64,000 bases of DNA from Gammaproteobacteria bacterium (GTDB lineage: Bacteria > Pseudomonadota > Gammaproteobacteria > Eutrophobiales > Eutrophobiaceae): the NCBI GenBank assembly GCA_963422205.2, contig CAXMWX010000005.1, positions 160,001 through 224,000 of the forward strand, in the 5' to 3' direction. Shown piece by piece: positions 55,760 to 64,000 of this stretch. Under the pieces are notes generated by a model. It ran no database searches, had not been told where the DNA came from, and saw only the letters and a program-made list of their open reading frames with translations. The translations under genes were made by a program, and so were the position numbers. Position 1 is the stretch's first letter. The number at the start of each line of letters is the position of its first letter.

Positions 55760-56950
55760 CTATTCAATAATGTTAGCGACTACCCCGGCACCCACAGTAC
55801 GACCCCCCTCACGAATAGCAAAGCGCAAGCCCTCCTCCATCGCTATCGGGTTAATCAGGCTCACTACCAGCTTGATGTTATCCCCCGGCATCACCATCTC
55901 AGCCCCCTCCGGCAATTCTACCGCCCCGGTCACATCGGTCGTGCGAAAATAAAACTGTGGCCGGTAATTACTGAAAAACGGGGTGTGCCGGCCGCCCTCC
56001 TCTTTGCTCAATACATACACTTCGCACTCAAACCGGGTATGTGGCGTAATGCTGCCAGGCACACATAACACCTGCCCCCGCTCAACCTCTTCCCGTTTCG
56101 TGCCACGCAGCAACACGCCGACATTATCCCCCGCCTGCCCCTCATCTAAGAGCTTGCGAAACATCTCCACGCCGGTGCAGGTGGTCTTCATGGTCTCCTT
56201 AATCCCGACTATCTCTATCTCATCGCCAACCTTCACTATCCCGCGCTCCACCCGACCGGTCACTACCGTGCCCCGACCACTGATGGAGAACACGTCTTCT
56301 ATCGGCAGCAGAAAGGGCTGTGAGACCGGCCGCTCCGGTACCGGGATGTAGGTATCCATCGCCGCCACCAGCTTCTCTATCGAGGCACGGCCAAGCTCGC
56401 CCTCATCGCCCTCCAGGGCCTTCAATGCGCTGCCAGTGACCACCGGTGTCTCATCACCAGGAAACTCATAGCTGTCCAGCAGCTCCCTCACCTCCATCTC
56501 CACCAATTCCAGCAGCTCGGCATCGTCCACCTGGTCGGCCTTGTTCATGTACACCACGATCTTCGGTACACCCACCTGACGTGCCAGCAGGATATGCTCA
56601 CGGGTCTGGGGCATCGGGCCATCCGCTGCGCTCACCACCAGCACCGCCCCGTCCATCTGCGCCGCACCGGTGATCATGTTCTTCACATAGTCCGCATGAC
56701 CCGGACAATCCACATGGGCATAGTGGCGGGTCTCGCTCTCATACTCCACATGGGCTGTGGCTATGGTAATCCCGCGGGCGCGCTCCTCCGGGGCATTGTC
56801 TATCTGCTCGTAGGCCTTCGCCTCGCCGCCAAACTTCAATGACATCGTCTTCGTTATCGCCGCCGTCAAAGTCGTCTTGCCATGATCTACATGGCCTATC
56901 GTGCCAACATTTACATGCGACTTCGTGCGCTCAAATTTCGCCTTGGACAT
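55760..56950 (-). CDS. tuf: Elongation factor Tu (tRNA-operon copy, ATG start)
   Basis: Protein identical to 38703-39893. Confidence 0.99.
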   Translation of the reverse strand: MSKAKFERTKSHVNVGTIGHVDHGKTTLTAAITKTMSLKFGGEAKAYEQIDNAPEERARGITIATAHVEYESETRHYAHVDCPGHADYVKNMITGAAQMDGAVLVVSAADGPMPQTREHILLARQVGVPKIVVYMNKADQVDDAELLELVEMEVRELLDSYEFPGDETPVVTGSALKALEGDEGELGRASIEKLVAAMDTYIPVPERPVSQPFLLPIEDVFSISGRGTVVTGRVERGIVKVGDEIEIVGIKETMKTTCTGVEMFRKLLDEGQAGDNVGVLLRGTKREEVERGQVLCVPGSITPHTRFECEVYVLSKEEGGRHTPFFSNYRPQFYFRTTDVTGAVELPEGAEMVMPGDNIKLVVSLINPIAMEEGLRFAIREGGRTVGAGVVANIIE

Positions 56951-57014
56951 GTCAGGTGTCTCCTTAATTTATATCTTCAAATGTTAGAAATCGTGCTCAC
57001 TAACCTGGCCGGGA

Positions 57015-57089
57015 TGGAGCCCATAACCGGATTTGAACCGGTGACCTCTCCCTTACCAAGGGAGTGCTCTGCCACTGAGCTATATGGGC
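57015..57089 (-). tRNA. tRNA-Thr (GGT)
   Basis: GCCCATATAGCTCAGTGG...CTTGGTAAG...GTTCAAATC...ATGGGCTCCA. Confidence 0.97.
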
Positions 57090-57164
57090 GCACCTGCTCA
57101 AATTTATCTGCCCTGTCTGTCTGCCCTGGCTATCTCTATCTGCTCTGGCCTGGCCTGGCTGCTC

Positions 57165-57238
<74 letters not shown>

Positions 57239-57377
57239 TGTGCCTGCATTTTACGGCTGACATTACAATCACCAGCTTGGCTTTTCATATATTGTTTGGG
57301 CGAAAAACTGATTGCTGGCCGTCTTCTGCTATGTATTAAGTTGAGGCTCTATCCCCCGCCACCCGTGGTTATCTGTG

Positions 57378-57462
57378 TGGTGGAGGGGGTAGGATTCGAA
57401 CCTACGAAGGCATTGCCAGCAGATTTACAGTCTGCCCCCGTTGACCGCTTGGGTACCCCTCC
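57378..57462 (-). tRNA. tRNA-Tyr (GTA)
   Basis: GGAGGGGTACCCAAGCGG...CTGTAAA...long variable arm...GTTCGAATC...CCTCCACCA, 85 nt. Confidence 0.97.
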
Positions 57463-57482
57463 TGAGGTTGAGCAAGCCGATA

Positions 57483-57511
57483 ATTTTGAATGAATAATCT
57501 AAAGCTGTCAA
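57483..57511 (-). promoter_or_regulatory. Sigma70 promoter of the tRNA-tuf operon
   Basis: TTGACA-N17-CAAAAT about 20 nt upstream of tRNA-Tyr. Confidence 0.65.
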
Positions 57512-57574
57512 CATTAAAGGCTTGATTTACACATGAATATTTCACGCCGGAAATCACGCGGCAAAACGCAAGCA

Positions 57575-58126
57575 TCAGGCCCGGATCACCTGTCCGGTCA
57601 GCGCATGACGAATCTCGCTGGGGCGGCGGTTGTTATCGGTCTCCCCTGGCAGGACATAATCAAGGCGGCGGCCAAAATACGCCCGTACCCGTTGCGGGTT
57701 ACAGGCTGGCGGTGCTTCGGCCGGATTGGCACTGGTCGAGACCAGGGGCCCTGAGCAGAGGCATAGCTGCTGTATCAGGGCATGATCAGGGATACGCACG
57801 GCCAGGGTGTCATGCGCCCCATGCAGCCAGGCGGGGGTAAGCGTATTCAATGGCAGCAGCCAGGTCACCGGCCCCGGCCAGCTTGCCTCGATCTCCCGCC
57901 AGTCAGGCACCCTGGCAAAATCTACCAGTGGCCGTAGCTGGTCAGGATGGGCGGCAACCACGATCAAGCCCTTGCTGACTGGCCGCCGTTTCAGGGCCAG
58001 CACCTTACACACCGCAGAGCGATTCCAGGGATCACAGCCGAGACCGTAGACTGCCTCGGTCGGGTAGGCGATCACACCGCCACGAGACACGCAAGCGCTG
58101 GCCTTAAACAGGTGCAAGCGTTGCAT
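57575..58126 (-). CDS. tsaC: Threonylcarbamoyl-AMP synthase (Sua5/YrdC); start uncertain
   Basis: GGVIAYPTEAVYGLGCDP, KRRP..KGLI, WPGP, STSAN. Confidence 0.93.
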   Translation of the reverse strand: MQRLHLFKASACVSRGGVIAYPTEAVYGLGCDPWNRSAVCKVLALKRRPVSKGLIVVAAHPDQLRPLVDFARVPDWREIEASWPGPVTWLLPLNTLTPAWLHGAHDTLAVRIPDHALIQQLCLCSGPLVSTSANPAEAPPACNPQRVRAYFGRRLDYVLPGETDNNRRPSEIRHALTGQVIRA

Positions 58127-58323
58127 CAAGGCACCGGCGGCACACACACAGTCGATCATCATCACCAGAGCAGGGTCAGACCGGGTGCCAGTCTATCGTC
58201 AAAATTGCATGGCATGCCATCCTGGCCTTCTCAAACAGGCAGTTCACAAACACTTTAACAACAGACGGATGCGCCTGTCTGCCGGTTCCCCGCCGCGTGC
58301 TGCCGACCTGCTGGCAACCGGCC

Positions 58324-60702
58324 TCATTTCAGCCTGGCGGTGTTTTTAGCGGATTTTCTGCTTGTCTTTTCGGTGGGCTTTTGGGCCGCCGCCTTGCCTG
58401 TCTGCCTACTGCCCCTGCGCCGGCCTAGCGGTGCCTCGGCGAGCAGCTTCTGACAATCTGCCAGGCTGAGTTGCTTCGGGTCTGTTTGTTTGGGGACTTT
58501 GGCATTTTTTTTGCCATCGGTGACATAAGGACCGTAACGGCCATTCAAAACCGCTATGCCCTGCTCGGTAAATTCCTGGATTTGTTTCTGTGCATCGGCT
58601 TTTTTCTTCTCACGGACCAGCTCCAGGGCGCGCGCCAGCGGCAGGGTGTACGGGTCGTCATCTTTGGGAATGGAGACGAATTTGCTGCCATAGCGGACAT
58701 AAGGGCCGAAGCGACCGATGTTGACAACGATTTCCTCGTCATCCTCTGAGCGCCCAAGCTCCCTGGGCAGCTTAAATAACTCCATCGCCTCATCAAAACT
58801 GATGCTGTCGATGCGCTGGCCGGGACGCAGGCCGGCAAACTTCGGTTTGTCTGCATCATCTTTGCTGCCGAGTTGCACATAGGGGCCATAGCGTCCCATA
58901 CGCACGGACACGGGCCGCCCGGTCTTTGGATCCTTGCCCAACAAGCGGGACTGCGCCGCTTCGCTGCGACTGATGTTATCTTCCTTGTCCTTGATGGTTG
59001 CCGAGAATGGCGTCCAAAATTCCTGCATGAGTGGCACCCATTCTTTCTCTCCGCGCGAGATCGCATCCAGCTCATCTTCGAGCCTTGCAGTGAAATCATA
59101 ATCGACATAATCGGTAAAATGCTCCGTCAGAAACCTGTTCACGATGCGCCCGACATCAGAGGGGATAAACCGCTTTCGCTCCATCGTCACGTAGTCGCGG
59201 TTACGCAATGTGGAGATGATGCTGGCATAGGTGGAAGGGCGACCGATACCATATTCCTCCAGGGTTTTAACCAGGCTCGCCTCGGTATATCGAGGCGGTG
59301 GCTCGGTGAAGTGCTGCTGCGGACGAATTGCTTTTAATGTGACCGCATCGCCGGGCTTCATGGCCGGCAGGGTCTTATCATCGCTGTCTTGTTTTTTATC
59401 ATCGCTATCCTCGGTATAGAGCAGCATAAATCCCTGTTCAGCGACCGTGGCGCCGTTCGCCCTGAAGGTATGCTGCTCGCCACAGGCAAGATCAACCGCG
59501 ACCGTGTCGATCAAGGCGTTAGCCATTTGGCTGGCCGTGGTACGCTTCCAGATCAACTCATAGAGCCTGAACTGATCGGTGGTCAGCCGGGCCTTGATTT
59601 CCTTTGGCAATCGCCGGATCGAGGTTGGCCGTATCGCCTCGTGCGCCTCCTGGGCGTTCTTGGATTTGGTCTTGAATGTACGTGGGCTTGCCGGGCAATA
59701 ATGCGCGCCATAGGTTTGCGTAATGTAATCCCGAATCTCACTGACTGCCTCTTTTGCCAGGGTCACAGAATCCGTACGCATATAGGTGATGAGACCGACC
59801 GCCCCCTCACCCGTGTCAATCCCTTCATAGAGCTGTTGTGCCGTTCGCATGGTGTTTTGTGCTGTGAAGCCCAGCTTGCGTACGGCCTCCTGTTGCAGGG
59901 TGGAGGTGATGAACGGCGGGGCGGGTTGTCTTTTGCGTTGCTTCTTGTCGACTTTCTGCACCATGAGCCTGCCGTTGGCGGCCTGATCAAGCAGCCCCAC
60001 GGCCTGGCTGGCATCGGCTTCGCTGGTGAGGGTAAATTGCTTGACCTTCTCATCGGCAAGCCGGGTTAGCCGGGCGCTGAAATCAACCTGGCTGTGCTGA
60101 AGCTCTGCATCGATCGTCCAATACTCCCTGGACTTGAACTTTTCAATCTCCTCCTCACGTTCAACGATCATACGCAAGGCCGGGCTTTGCACACGCCCGG
60201 CAGACAGGCCACGATGGATCTTCTTCCACAGCAAGGGCGATAAATTAAAACCGACCAGATAGTCCAGCGCGCGCCGGGCCTGCTGGGCGTTGATCAAATC
60301 GGTTGAAAGCTCTCTTGGATGCTGCATGGCATCAAGGATGGCGGACTTGGTTACCTCATGAAAGACCACTCGCTTTACCTGCTTGTCCTTGAGTACCCCT
60401 TTATCTTTCAGCAACTCATACAGATGCCAGGAAATGGCCTCTCCCTCTCTGTCCGGATCAGTGGCCAGATATAAGGTGTCTGCTTTTTTCAGCGCCCTGG
60501 CAATGGTATCAACCGATTTGGATTTTTTTTCAATGACTTGATAGTGCATCAGAAAATCCTTCTCGGTATCGACCGCCCCGGATTTTGGCAATAAATCCCT
60601 GACATGGCCGTTTGAAGCCAGCACGTTAAAATCCTTGCCAAGATAACGGTTAAGCGTTTTTGCCTTGGCCGGGGATTCAACGATCAGCAGTGACTTGCCC
60701 AT
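58324..60702 (-). CDS. topA: DNA topoisomerase I with Zn-free C-terminal repeats
   Basis: IVESPAKAKT, ATDPDREGE, SAGRVQS, ITYMRTDS; three GR[YF]GPYV repeats and a basic tail. Confidence 0.97.
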   Translation of the reverse strand: MGKSLLIVESPAKAKTLNRYLGKDFNVLASNGHVRDLLPKSGAVDTEKDFLMHYQVIEKKSKSVDTIARALKKADTLYLATDPDREGEAISWHLYELLKDKGVLKDKQVKRVVFHEVTKSAILDAMQHPRELSTDLINAQQARRALDYLVGFNLSPLLWKKIHRGLSAGRVQSPALRMIVEREEEIEKFKSREYWTIDAELQHSQVDFSARLTRLADEKVKQFTLTSEADASQAVGLLDQAANGRLMVQKVDKKQRKRQPAPPFITSTLQQEAVRKLGFTAQNTMRTAQQLYEGIDTGEGAVGLITYMRTDSVTLAKEAVSEIRDYITQTYGAHYCPASPRTFKTKSKNAQEAHEAIRPTSIRRLPKEIKARLTTDQFRLYELIWKRTTASQMANALIDTVAVDLACGEQHTFRANGATVAEQGFMLLYTEDSDDKKQDSDDKTLPAMKPGDAVTLKAIRPQQHFTEPPPRYTEASLVKTLEEYGIGRPSTYASIISTLRNRDYVTMERKRFIPSDVGRIVNRFLTEHFTDYVDYDFTARLEDELDAISRGEKEWVPLMQEFWTPFSATIKDKEDNISRSEAAQSRLLGKDPKTGRPVSVRMGRYGPYVQLGSKDDADKPKFAGLRPGQRIDSISFDEAMELFKLPRELGRSEDDEEIVVNIGRFGPYVRYGSKFVSIPKDDDPYTLPLARALELVREKKKADAQKQIQEFTEQGIAVLNGRYGPYVTDGKKNAKVPKQTDPKQLSLADCQKLLAEAPLGRRRGSRQTGKAAAQKPTEKTSRKSAKNTARLK

Positions 60703-60734
60703 GGGTTTCTGTTAAGCGGAATGCGTGTTATCGG

Positions 60735-61232
60735 TCAGTGTCGTGTCGCTTCCATCTCATCCATGACCAGCGATTCCATCCAGCAGACGGATTCTTCCCG
60801 GCCCGGCTGATTAAGCAACACCATCAACACCACCCATTTCAACTGCTGCAAACTAATCTCCTCTATCTCCAGGGCCATGATGCGATCGATGATCAGCTCC
60901 CTGCTGCCTGCATCCAGTATGCCTGTCTGCTCAAGATGCAATATAAAACCCCGGCTCTCGGTATTGAGCTTATCGGTTTCCTGCTCATTGAACGTCCGGT
61001 GACTGGCCACCTGCCCGGTCTGGGCATGGCTATCGGCAGGCTCGAAAATGAGGTTTTGCGAGGCGATGACTGCCAGCCAGTCGAAGGCGCGATCTATCTG
61101 CCGCTCACCAAACCCGACCATCAGCAGCTCTCTCTTGAGGGTGGACTGACTGGCGGTTATCTCAACATCATCTGCAAAACAGTGATCAAACAAATACATG
61201 AGCACATCAAATAAACTGGTGCTGGTCGTCAT
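60735..61232 (-). CDS. smg: Smg (DUF494) protein
   Basis: FDVLMYLF, AFDWL, RELIIDR, LKWVVLMVL; dprA-smg-topA synteny. Confidence 0.92.
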   Translation of the reverse strand: MTTSTSLFDVLMYLFDHCFADDVEITASQSTLKRELLMVGFGERQIDRAFDWLAVIASQNLIFEPADSHAQTGQVASHRTFNEQETDKLNTESRGFILHLEQTGILDAGSRELIIDRIMALEIEEISLQQLKWVVLMVLLNQPGREESVCWMESLVMDEMEATRH

Positions 61233-62332
61233 GGGTAATTCCTGCTGTATACACCGGCGGAGCGCGCTGAGATATGTCCTGAAAGTTCAAGTTTCAGCAG
61301 CTTTCCTGTCAATATGTCAATGTTGATCTCGGTAATTAAATAAAGTTCGTCTACAGATATGGGATCACACCCTATATTATCAAGCAGCACTTTTTCAGTT
61401 TCGTCAAGTGTATTTTCATCATTGCCTGACACCTGTCGATTGACGTGCTGCATTTCAGCGACAGGCTCGATGGCCAATTCCTCAGTAATATCGGTCACAT
61501 CATGAACGAGTTTTGCCCCATCCTGTATCAGTTTATGACAACCTGCGGCCAGCGGATTGTTGACCGAGCCCGGCAAGGCGAACACCTCCCTTGCCTGCTC
61601 CACCGCACATCTGGCCGTAATCAATGAGCCGCTCTTAATCGCCGCCTCCACCACCAGCACCCCTTTGCTCAAGCCGCTGATGATGCGGTTACGGCGCGGG
61701 AAGTTGGCCGGTAAGGGTTTGTAGCTGACCGGGTATTCCGTCACCAGGACGCCTTGTTCAGCAATCTGTCTCGCCAGCGATTTGTTGGCGGCCGGGTAGA
61801 GGTGGTGAAAGCCATGACCAAGCACGGCCACGGTTTTGCCAGCAGACAATGCCGCCCGGTGAGCGCAGGAATCAATGCCGGCTGCCATGCCGCTGGTGAT
61901 CACAAGATCGTAGCGGCAAAGCTGTTCTGTGATACGGGCGGCCATGTCTTTGCCGTATTTCGATGGCCTTCTGCTGCCGACAACAGCCAGTTGTGCATGT
62001 TCCAATAACCCGCCATCACCCTGGATAAAAAGACCCAGCGGCGGCTTGTATATCTCTTTTAGCTGGGCTGGATAAGCGGCATCGGTATAGCGGATAAACC
62101 CATGATCATCCTGTTCCAGCCAACGCCTGTCCGCATCTACAGATGTCTGCTCTGGTGAGAGTAAATTTGCCCTGAGGCGCCTGGGCAGGGCGGCCTGCAT
62201 GGCCTTGTCATCACGCAAGGCGGCCAGAAAGCCGGCAGCACCATGACAGGTTTCAATCAGGGGAATGAGATTAACAGTGGTCGTGACGCTGGCATGGGCT
62301 AAGCGCAGCCAGTCGGCAATATCATCCGGCAC
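61229..62332 (-). CDS. dprA: DNA-processing protein DprA
   Basis: AVVGSR, SGMAAGID, FPRRNRIISGLS, SGSLITA. Confidence 0.96.
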   Translation of the reverse strand: MPDDIADWLRLAHASVTTTVNLIPLIETCHGAAGFLAALRDDKAMQAALPRRLRANLLSPEQTSVDADRRWLEQDDHGFIRYTDAAYPAQLKEIYKPPLGLFIQGDGGLLEHAQLAVVGSRRPSKYGKDMAARITEQLCRYDLVITSGMAAGIDSCAHRAALSAGKTVAVLGHGFHHLYPAANKSLARQIAEQGVLVTEYPVSYKPLPANFPRRNRIISGLSKGVLVVEAAIKSGSLITARCAVEQAREVFALPGSVNNPLAAGCHKLIQDGAKLVHDVTDITEELAIEPVAEMQHVNRQVSGNDENTLDETEKVLLDNIGCDPISVDELYLITEINIDILTGKLLKLELSGHISARSAGVYSRNYP

Positions 62333-62440
62333 AGAGAGTCCTCCATGAACATGTTGATGTTGCTGACAACTATAATGCGATCATATCTTTTGCCAATGCC
62401 ATGACTGTCAGACCGGCATGCCGACACCGCCCTGGCATGG

Positions 62441-63487
62441 CTACAGATTTCTTACAGTATCACGCAGATGTATGGCGTTGATGGCCTCCATGATCACGCC
62501 ATAACTGACCTGTTCAAAGGTGCGAAACACCAGCAGCACGCCGGCATACTCCTCAGGTAATGTGATTGAATTGGCCTCGCTGCCGACCGGGTCGGTGATA
62601 ACCGCACCCGATTGATAAATGCCCAGCACACTGCCGACATCCACCCCTTTTGACGTACCGGCATCAATCACCACAACCTGATACTGACCGATCTCGGACA
62701 ACACATCCGTGGCTGAAATCACGGACGCATCGACCTCTGTGGCCGGCTGATGCGGAATAATATCGGTATTGATGTCTGCTTCGGATTGCGGTATCAGCCG
62801 ATCACCGATCAACACCTCCCGCTTAGCTGAGGTTACCACCAGTGAAGATGGGTCAGCCTGCTCATCGAGGATCGCCTCACCGACATAAATTGCCTCATAC
62901 CCAAGCAACTCACCGTTACTCTCATAGGCCCCGCCCTGGCGATAGATGGAATACTTCTGTCTGTCAGCCGCATCGCTAATCCCTTCAACATAAATTCGAC
63001 TGCCCGGCCCGGCGATCAGCAACTCCTCATAACTGGACACCACATAAGGCCAGGCCGCTATCTCACTTTCCTGCACAACCAGCGGATGGGAGAGAAAACT
63101 GCGAATTGCATCAATGGGGATAGTGGGGATCGCCTCTGCCCGATCATAACGGCGCACGGCAGGGGATAATTTGACCGTCCGGCTGTCTGTGCGCTGTGCC
63201 GTGCTGCCGGGACGGTCAACCTGAAGCACGGGGGCACCATCCTGATAGCTTAACGAGATGACATCGCCAGGATAAATTAGGTGCGGGTCGGCGATTTGCG
63301 TGTTCGCCTGCCAGATCTCCGGCCAGCGCCAGGGCTCGACCAGAAAACGACCGGCAATGTCCCACAGCGTGTCCCCCTTGACCACGGTATAGGTGCCTGG
63401 ATTGTCAGGCGAGACTTGAACCTCATCAGCAAAAGCGGTTGAACTGCAACCGATCAACGCTATCAATATGATAAATTTATTCAGCAT
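62441..63487 (-). CDS. LysM peptidoglycan-binding protein (TsaP-like)
   Basis: Signal peptide, YTVVKGDTLWDIA..F...PWRWPEIW..N.QI.DPHLIYPGD; def-lysM-dprA synteny. Confidence 0.92.
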   Translation of the reverse strand: MLNKFIILIALIGCSSTAFADEVQVSPDNPGTYTVVKGDTLWDIAGRFLVEPWRWPEIWQANTQIADPHLIYPGDVISLSYQDGAPVLQVDRPGSTAQRTDSRTVKLSPAVRRYDRAEAIPTIPIDAIRSFLSHPLVVQESEIAAWPYVVSSYEELLIAGPGSRIYVEGISDAADRQKYSIYRQGGAYESNGELLGYEAIYVGEAILDEQADPSSLVVTSAKREVLIGDRLIPQSEADINTDIIPHQPATEVDASVISATDVLSEIGQYQVVVIDAGTSKGVDVGSVLGIYQSGAVITDPVGSEANSITLPEEYAGVLLVFRTFEQVSYGVIMEAINAIHLRDTVRNL

Positions 63488-63674
63488 ATGCGATACCTTA
63501 CGTAATATTCTTAATGTAGCTTAGCAATAAAGTCTAGCAAATAGTTTCACATTAGACCACAGTTTCACTTAAAGAAAGCGAATAATCTCATTTTCCTTTA
63601 TACTTTCAGAGGGTTAGCCAAGTTTAGCACGCATCACCCCATGATCAATCAACAAGCGGGAGACCTGAAATACC

Positions 63675-64000
63675 ATGGCAAAATTACCTGTTTTACACTT
63701 TCCCGACCCCCGGTTGCGAAAAAAAGCGGTTCGGGTAGCGAGCATAGACAGTGAGATTGAACAACTCGCCGCCGATATGCTGGAGACCATGTATGGCGAA
63801 CACGGCATTGGTCTCGCCGCCACCCAGGTGAATGTGCAAAAACGCCTGATCGTGATCGATCTGTCCGAAGAGCGCCATTCCCCGCTGATCCTGATCAACC
63901 CGGAGATCACCAGCAAAGATGGCAGCGAGCAGATGCAGGAGGGCTGTCTGTCCGTGCCGGGATTTTATGAAACTGTCCAGCGAGCCGAGCATATCCGTTA
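63675..64000 (+). CDS. def: Peptide deformylase, 3'-truncated by window edge (missing from the ORF track)
   Basis: Manual translation [15 protein letters not shown]...GIGLAATQV...INPEI...EGCLSVPG. Confidence 0.95.
   Translation, partial: MAKLPVLHFPDPRLRKKAVRVASIDSEIEQLAADMLETMYGEHGIGLAATQVNVQKRLIVIDLSEERHSPLILINPEITSKDGSEQMQEGCLSVPGFYETVQRAEHIR

Overview
Bacterial chromosomal window, gammaproteobacterial by gene order and sequence style. The first ~25 kb (1-24.8 kb) is an accessory aromatic amino acid/amine catabolic region. It holds hmgA, fahA, scoAB and hppD with two MarR paralogs and two related 18-bp palindromic operators; an FAD monooxygenase + degenerate MBL-fold protein + DUF2783 trio; a TonB-dependent receptor heading a TTQ aromatic-amine-dehydrogenase-like mauBEDA cluster; TetR, MFS and an orphan napGH/mauMN pair; a small secreted (CX3CX6)-periodic cysteine-rich protein behind a structured leader; and Lrp with a fused indolepyruvate:ferredoxin oxidoreductase. 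The rest (25-64 kb) is core housekeeping: the contiguous tRNA-tuf-secE-nusG-rplKAJL-rpoBC-str-S10-spc-alpha superoperon on the minus strand, then tsaC, topA, smg, dprA, a LysM protein and a partial def. RpoB and RpoC carry lineage-specific insertions and unusual bridge-helix/trigger-loop substitutions. No CRISPR array, rRNA or mobile element was seen. All family assignments come from motif recognition by eye, not database searches.
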